From Sphingopyxis sp. (GTDB lineage: Bacteria > Pseudomonadota > Alphaproteobacteria > Sphingomonadales > Sphingomonadaceae): a DNA stretch of 64,000 nucleotides. A program made the translations under genes and the position numbers. This document shows positions 61,785 through 64,000 of this stretch, one piece after another. Each line of letters starts with the position of its first letter. Position 1 is the first letter of the stretch. The notes beneath the pieces were generated by a model. It did not search any database. It had not been told where the DNA came from and saw only the letters and a list, made by a program, of their open reading frames with translations. Where the stretch lies: assembly GCA_013821905.1 (NCBI GenBank), contig PNJO01000001.1, positions 5,989 through 69,988 on the forward strand, written 5' to 3'.

Positions 61785-62839
61785 CCGCCGACCTTACGTT
61801 CTCGCCTGCCGATGATCGCTACCACCAGCTGTCCGACGATCCCTTTGAGACCGAGACCAACTGGTGGTCGTTCAGCATCCCGGAGCGCAAGATCGGATGC
61901 TGGATCCATGCGCCCTATTATCCGAACCGCAAGAGCGTGACCTGGCGCATCTTCGCCTGGGACGACGAAGGCTATGACCCGGCGCGCATGGCCTATTACC
62001 GGAAGGTCGAGGAGGCGCCGATGCCCGACGATCCCGACCTTCGCGATATTGTCTTTCCGGGCGACGCGCACGGCGGCGGCTACAGTCTCAAGATGATCGA
62101 GCCGGGGATGAAATATCACCTGCAATATGATGATCCGGCGCGGGGCTTTGCGCTCGATTTCACGCACAGCGGGCTCCACGAACCGCATCGCTTTCCCCCC
62201 GGCAAACCGCCGTTCATGGCGACCCCCCATTATGACCAGCTCGGACATGTCGAGGGCTGGATGACGCTGCGCGGGGAAAGGATTCGGATCGACGGCATCG
62301 GGGTGCGCGACCGCACCTGGGGGCCGCGCGGCGGGCCTTATGCCGCGAGCCCCAAAGTCTATGCGAGCGATCTTGAGCGCGTGAAAAATCCCGGAGGCGC
62401 GCGCTGGCGCGAGATCGAACGCGAGCGCGGGCGAGGTCGCATCCAGTATATTTTCGGTCACCGCCGCGACGGGACCGGCTTCCTGGGCTTCGTGCGCGTC
62501 GCCGACGGCGATGCCGAGGGCTGGGCGCCGATGAACGCCGGCTGGATTCGCCGCGACGGTTCGTTCGGCAGCCTGATCCCCGCGCGTTCGCGGATGCGCT
62601 GCTTCCGCAGTCCGAAGACCGGCTGGTCGACGCATATGCAGGTCGAACTGGTCGACGAACAGGGTCGCGAAATGGTCAGCGAAGGCTTCGTCGTCAGTAC
62701 GATGAGCGAAGCCGGCTATGGCGTGAACCAGCTTATGCGCTGGGATATCGATGGCGGGATCGGCTGGGGCGAAGACCAGGACGTATGGAACCCCGCCCAT
62801 TTTACGCGCATGCTCGATGCCTTGAAGACGACGGCCTGA
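61781..62839 (+). CDS. conserved hypothetical protein
   Basis: 352 aa. The start overlaps the upstream stop (ATGA). Normal composition. I cannot assign a family with confidence. Confidence 0.6.
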   Translation: MTADLTFSPADDRYHQLSDDPFETETNWWSFSIPERKIGCWIHAPYYPNRKSVTWRIFAWDDEGYDPARMAYYRKVEEAPMPDDPDLRDIVFPGDAHGGGYSLKMIEPGMKYHLQYDDPARGFALDFTHSGLHEPHRFPPGKPPFMATPHYDQLGHVEGWMTLRGERIRIDGIGVRDRTWGPRGGPYAASPKVYASDLERVKNPGGARWREIERERGRGRIQYIFGHRRDGTGFLGFVRVADGDAEGWAPMNAGWIRRDGSFGSLIPARSRMRCFRSPKTGWSTHMQVELVDEQGREMVSEGFVVSTMSEAGYGVNQLMRWDIDGGIGWGEDQDVWNPAHFTRMLDALKTTA

Positions 62840-62843
62840 TCCA

Positions 62844-63773
62844 ATGTTCAAGCGATTGTCGTTGCCGCTGATGTGCGCTCCGATGAGCTTCGCCTCCTCG
62901 GTGCCGCTCGCGGTCGGCTGTTGCCGCGCCGGGGTCATCGGCGGCTGGCAGGGCGGGTCGGCAACTTCGGCCGAAGTCTTCGAGGATTATCTGAAGGCTC
63001 TCGATACGATCGGCGGCGCGCCGCCGATCGTCAATATTCCTGCGCGCTGGGGCAGCGACCCCAGGGCCGCGCCGCGCCTCGACCTGCTCGAGCGCTACCG
63101 CGTTCCGCTCGTGCTCTCGAGTATCGGCGACCCATCGGCGCTCGTCGAGCGCGTCCATGGCTGGGGCGGGCGCGTCGTTCATGATGTGACGACGATGCGG
63201 CATGCCGAAAAGGCGATTGCCGCGGGCGCCGACGGTTTGATGCTGACCTGCGCGGGTGCGGGGGGACACACGGGCTTCCTCACTCCGATGGCGTTCGTTC
63301 CCGCCGTACGCCGCATTTTCGGCGGGCTGCTGATCGTCGCGGGCGGCATCGCCGACGCGCACGGGATCGCGGCGGCGCTTGCGCTCGGCGGCGATATCGC
63401 CTGCATGGGGACGCGCTTCATCGCGACGCCCGAGAGCGGAGTGGTCGAGGGACACCGTTCGATGATCCCCGAGGCCGGTGTCGACGACATCGTCGCATCG
63501 GCGGCGATGAACGGCGTTCCGGCGCACTGGATGCGGCAGTCGATCGAGGCGGTCGGGCTCGATACCAGCGCGTTGCCCGATGTGCGGTCGGACATGCCCG
63601 CGGGCGTGATGCCGTGGCGCGACATCTGGAGCGCCGGCCAAAGCGTCGGACTGATCGACGGGGTCGAACCGGTCGCCGATCTGGTCGCCCGGCTGCGCGG
63701 TGCCTTCGATGCGTTGCCGGCGGTTCCCGACTGGCGCGCGCGGCTTGCCGCCACGGCCGCCGGCTGGGGCTAA
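62844..63773 (+). CDS. nitronate monooxygenase (NMO / 2-nitropropane dioxygenase-like) family protein
   Basis: PLMCAPMSFASSVPLAVGCCRAGVIGG, AGADGLMLTCAGAGGHTG and IVAGGIADAHGIAAALALGGDIACMGTRFIATPES. Confidence 0.85.
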   Translation: MFKRLSLPLMCAPMSFASSVPLAVGCCRAGVIGGWQGGSATSAEVFEDYLKALDTIGGAPPIVNIPARWGSDPRAAPRLDLLERYRVPLVLSSIGDPSALVERVHGWGGRVVHDVTTMRHAEKAIAAGADGLMLTCAGAGGHTGFLTPMAFVPAVRRIFGGLLIVAGGIADAHGIAAALALGGDIACMGTRFIATPESGVVEGHRSMIPEAGVDDIVASAAMNGVPAHWMRQSIEAVGLDTSALPDVRSDMPAGVMPWRDIWSAGQSVGLIDGVEPVADLVARLRGAFDALPAVPDWRARLAATAAGWG

Positions 63774-64000
63774 TCCATCGTCAGGACGATCCGGCCGGCG
63801 CTTTGTCCAGCTGCCGCATCCTCCATCGCCGGCCGGAATTCCTCCAGCCTGTACGACCGCGCGATCGCGGGACGAAGCGATCCGGCGGCGGCGAGCGCGA
63901 ACAGGGTATCGCGATTGGCTTCGCTCTTGAGGGGCTCGAAGATCCCGAATTGCCGGACATCGACCCCGATCAGGCTTGCGCCCTTGAGCAGCGGCAGATT
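63770..64000 (-). CDS. zinc-type alcohol dehydrogenase / quinone oxidoreductase family protein, C-terminal part (truncated by window edge)
   Basis: The - strand reads ...LKGASLIGVDVRQFGIFEPLKSEANRDTLFALAAAGSLRPAIARSYRLEEFRPAMEDAAAGQSAGRIVLTMD*, a typical MDR-superfamily C-terminus. The ORF continues beyond 64000. Confidence 0.7.
   Translation of the reverse strand, partial: NLPLLKGASLIGVDVRQFGIFEPLKSEANRDTLFALAAAGSLRPAIARSYRLEEFRPAMEDAAAGQSAGRIVLTMD

Noticed and set aside
61700-63754. 412-aa, 279-aa and 191-aa - strand ORFs
   Set aside because: These are shadows of the hydrolase, hypothetical and NMO genes.
1-64000. CRISPR arrays, rRNA/tRNA genes, IS elements, integrases
   Set aside because: I looked for short regularly spaced repeats, cloverleaf-like GC-rich 75-nt segments at the island edges, and DDE or tyrosine-recombinase motifs in the ORF track, and found none. 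A covariance-model or ISfinder search would be needed to be certain.

Overview
High-GC, alphaproteobacterium-like DNA; the TonB-receptor, MFS and acyl-CoA gene content suggests Sphingomonadaceae, which is an inference only. The window splits into three parts. (1) About 0.1-23 kb is a dense accessory, defence-island-like region. It holds two giant P-loop/STAND-like NTPases fused to restriction-endonuclease-fold modules, one of them inside a tightly coupled three-gene operon with a ParB/Srx-like protein and a second nuclease-fold protein. It also holds two long stand-alone RES-domain proteins, a Schlafen/AlbA_2-like protein next to a frame-broken TIR-DUF3298 gene, further PD-(D/E)xK-motif proteins, and decayed gene fragments. 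(2) About 23-31.3 kb is a remnant of a mobilisable element. It contains a Phd antitoxin with a truncated VapC stub, an orphan DUF2384 (Xre-type) antitoxin, a MOBQ-like relaxase plus a small relaxase-motif paralogue, a ParB/RepB-family protein and two related perfect palindromes. I saw no integrase, transposase or T4SS genes. (3) About 31.4-64 kb is a lipid, terpenoid or steroid-side-chain-type beta-oxidation cluster. It contains seven acyl-CoA dehydrogenase genes (three adjacent pairs plus one single gene), three crotonases, a thiolase, an alpha-methylacyl-CoA racemase, two acyl-CoA synthetases, a MaoC-type hydratase, a TonB-dependent receptor, two MFS transporters and a LysR regulator. Its promoters share the 12-bp palindrome AGTTATATAACT. 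I found no rRNA, tRNA or CRISPR. All domain calls rest on motif recognition by eye and from memory, not on database searches. Many long Arg/Ala-rich ORFs in the track are antisense artefacts of high GC content.
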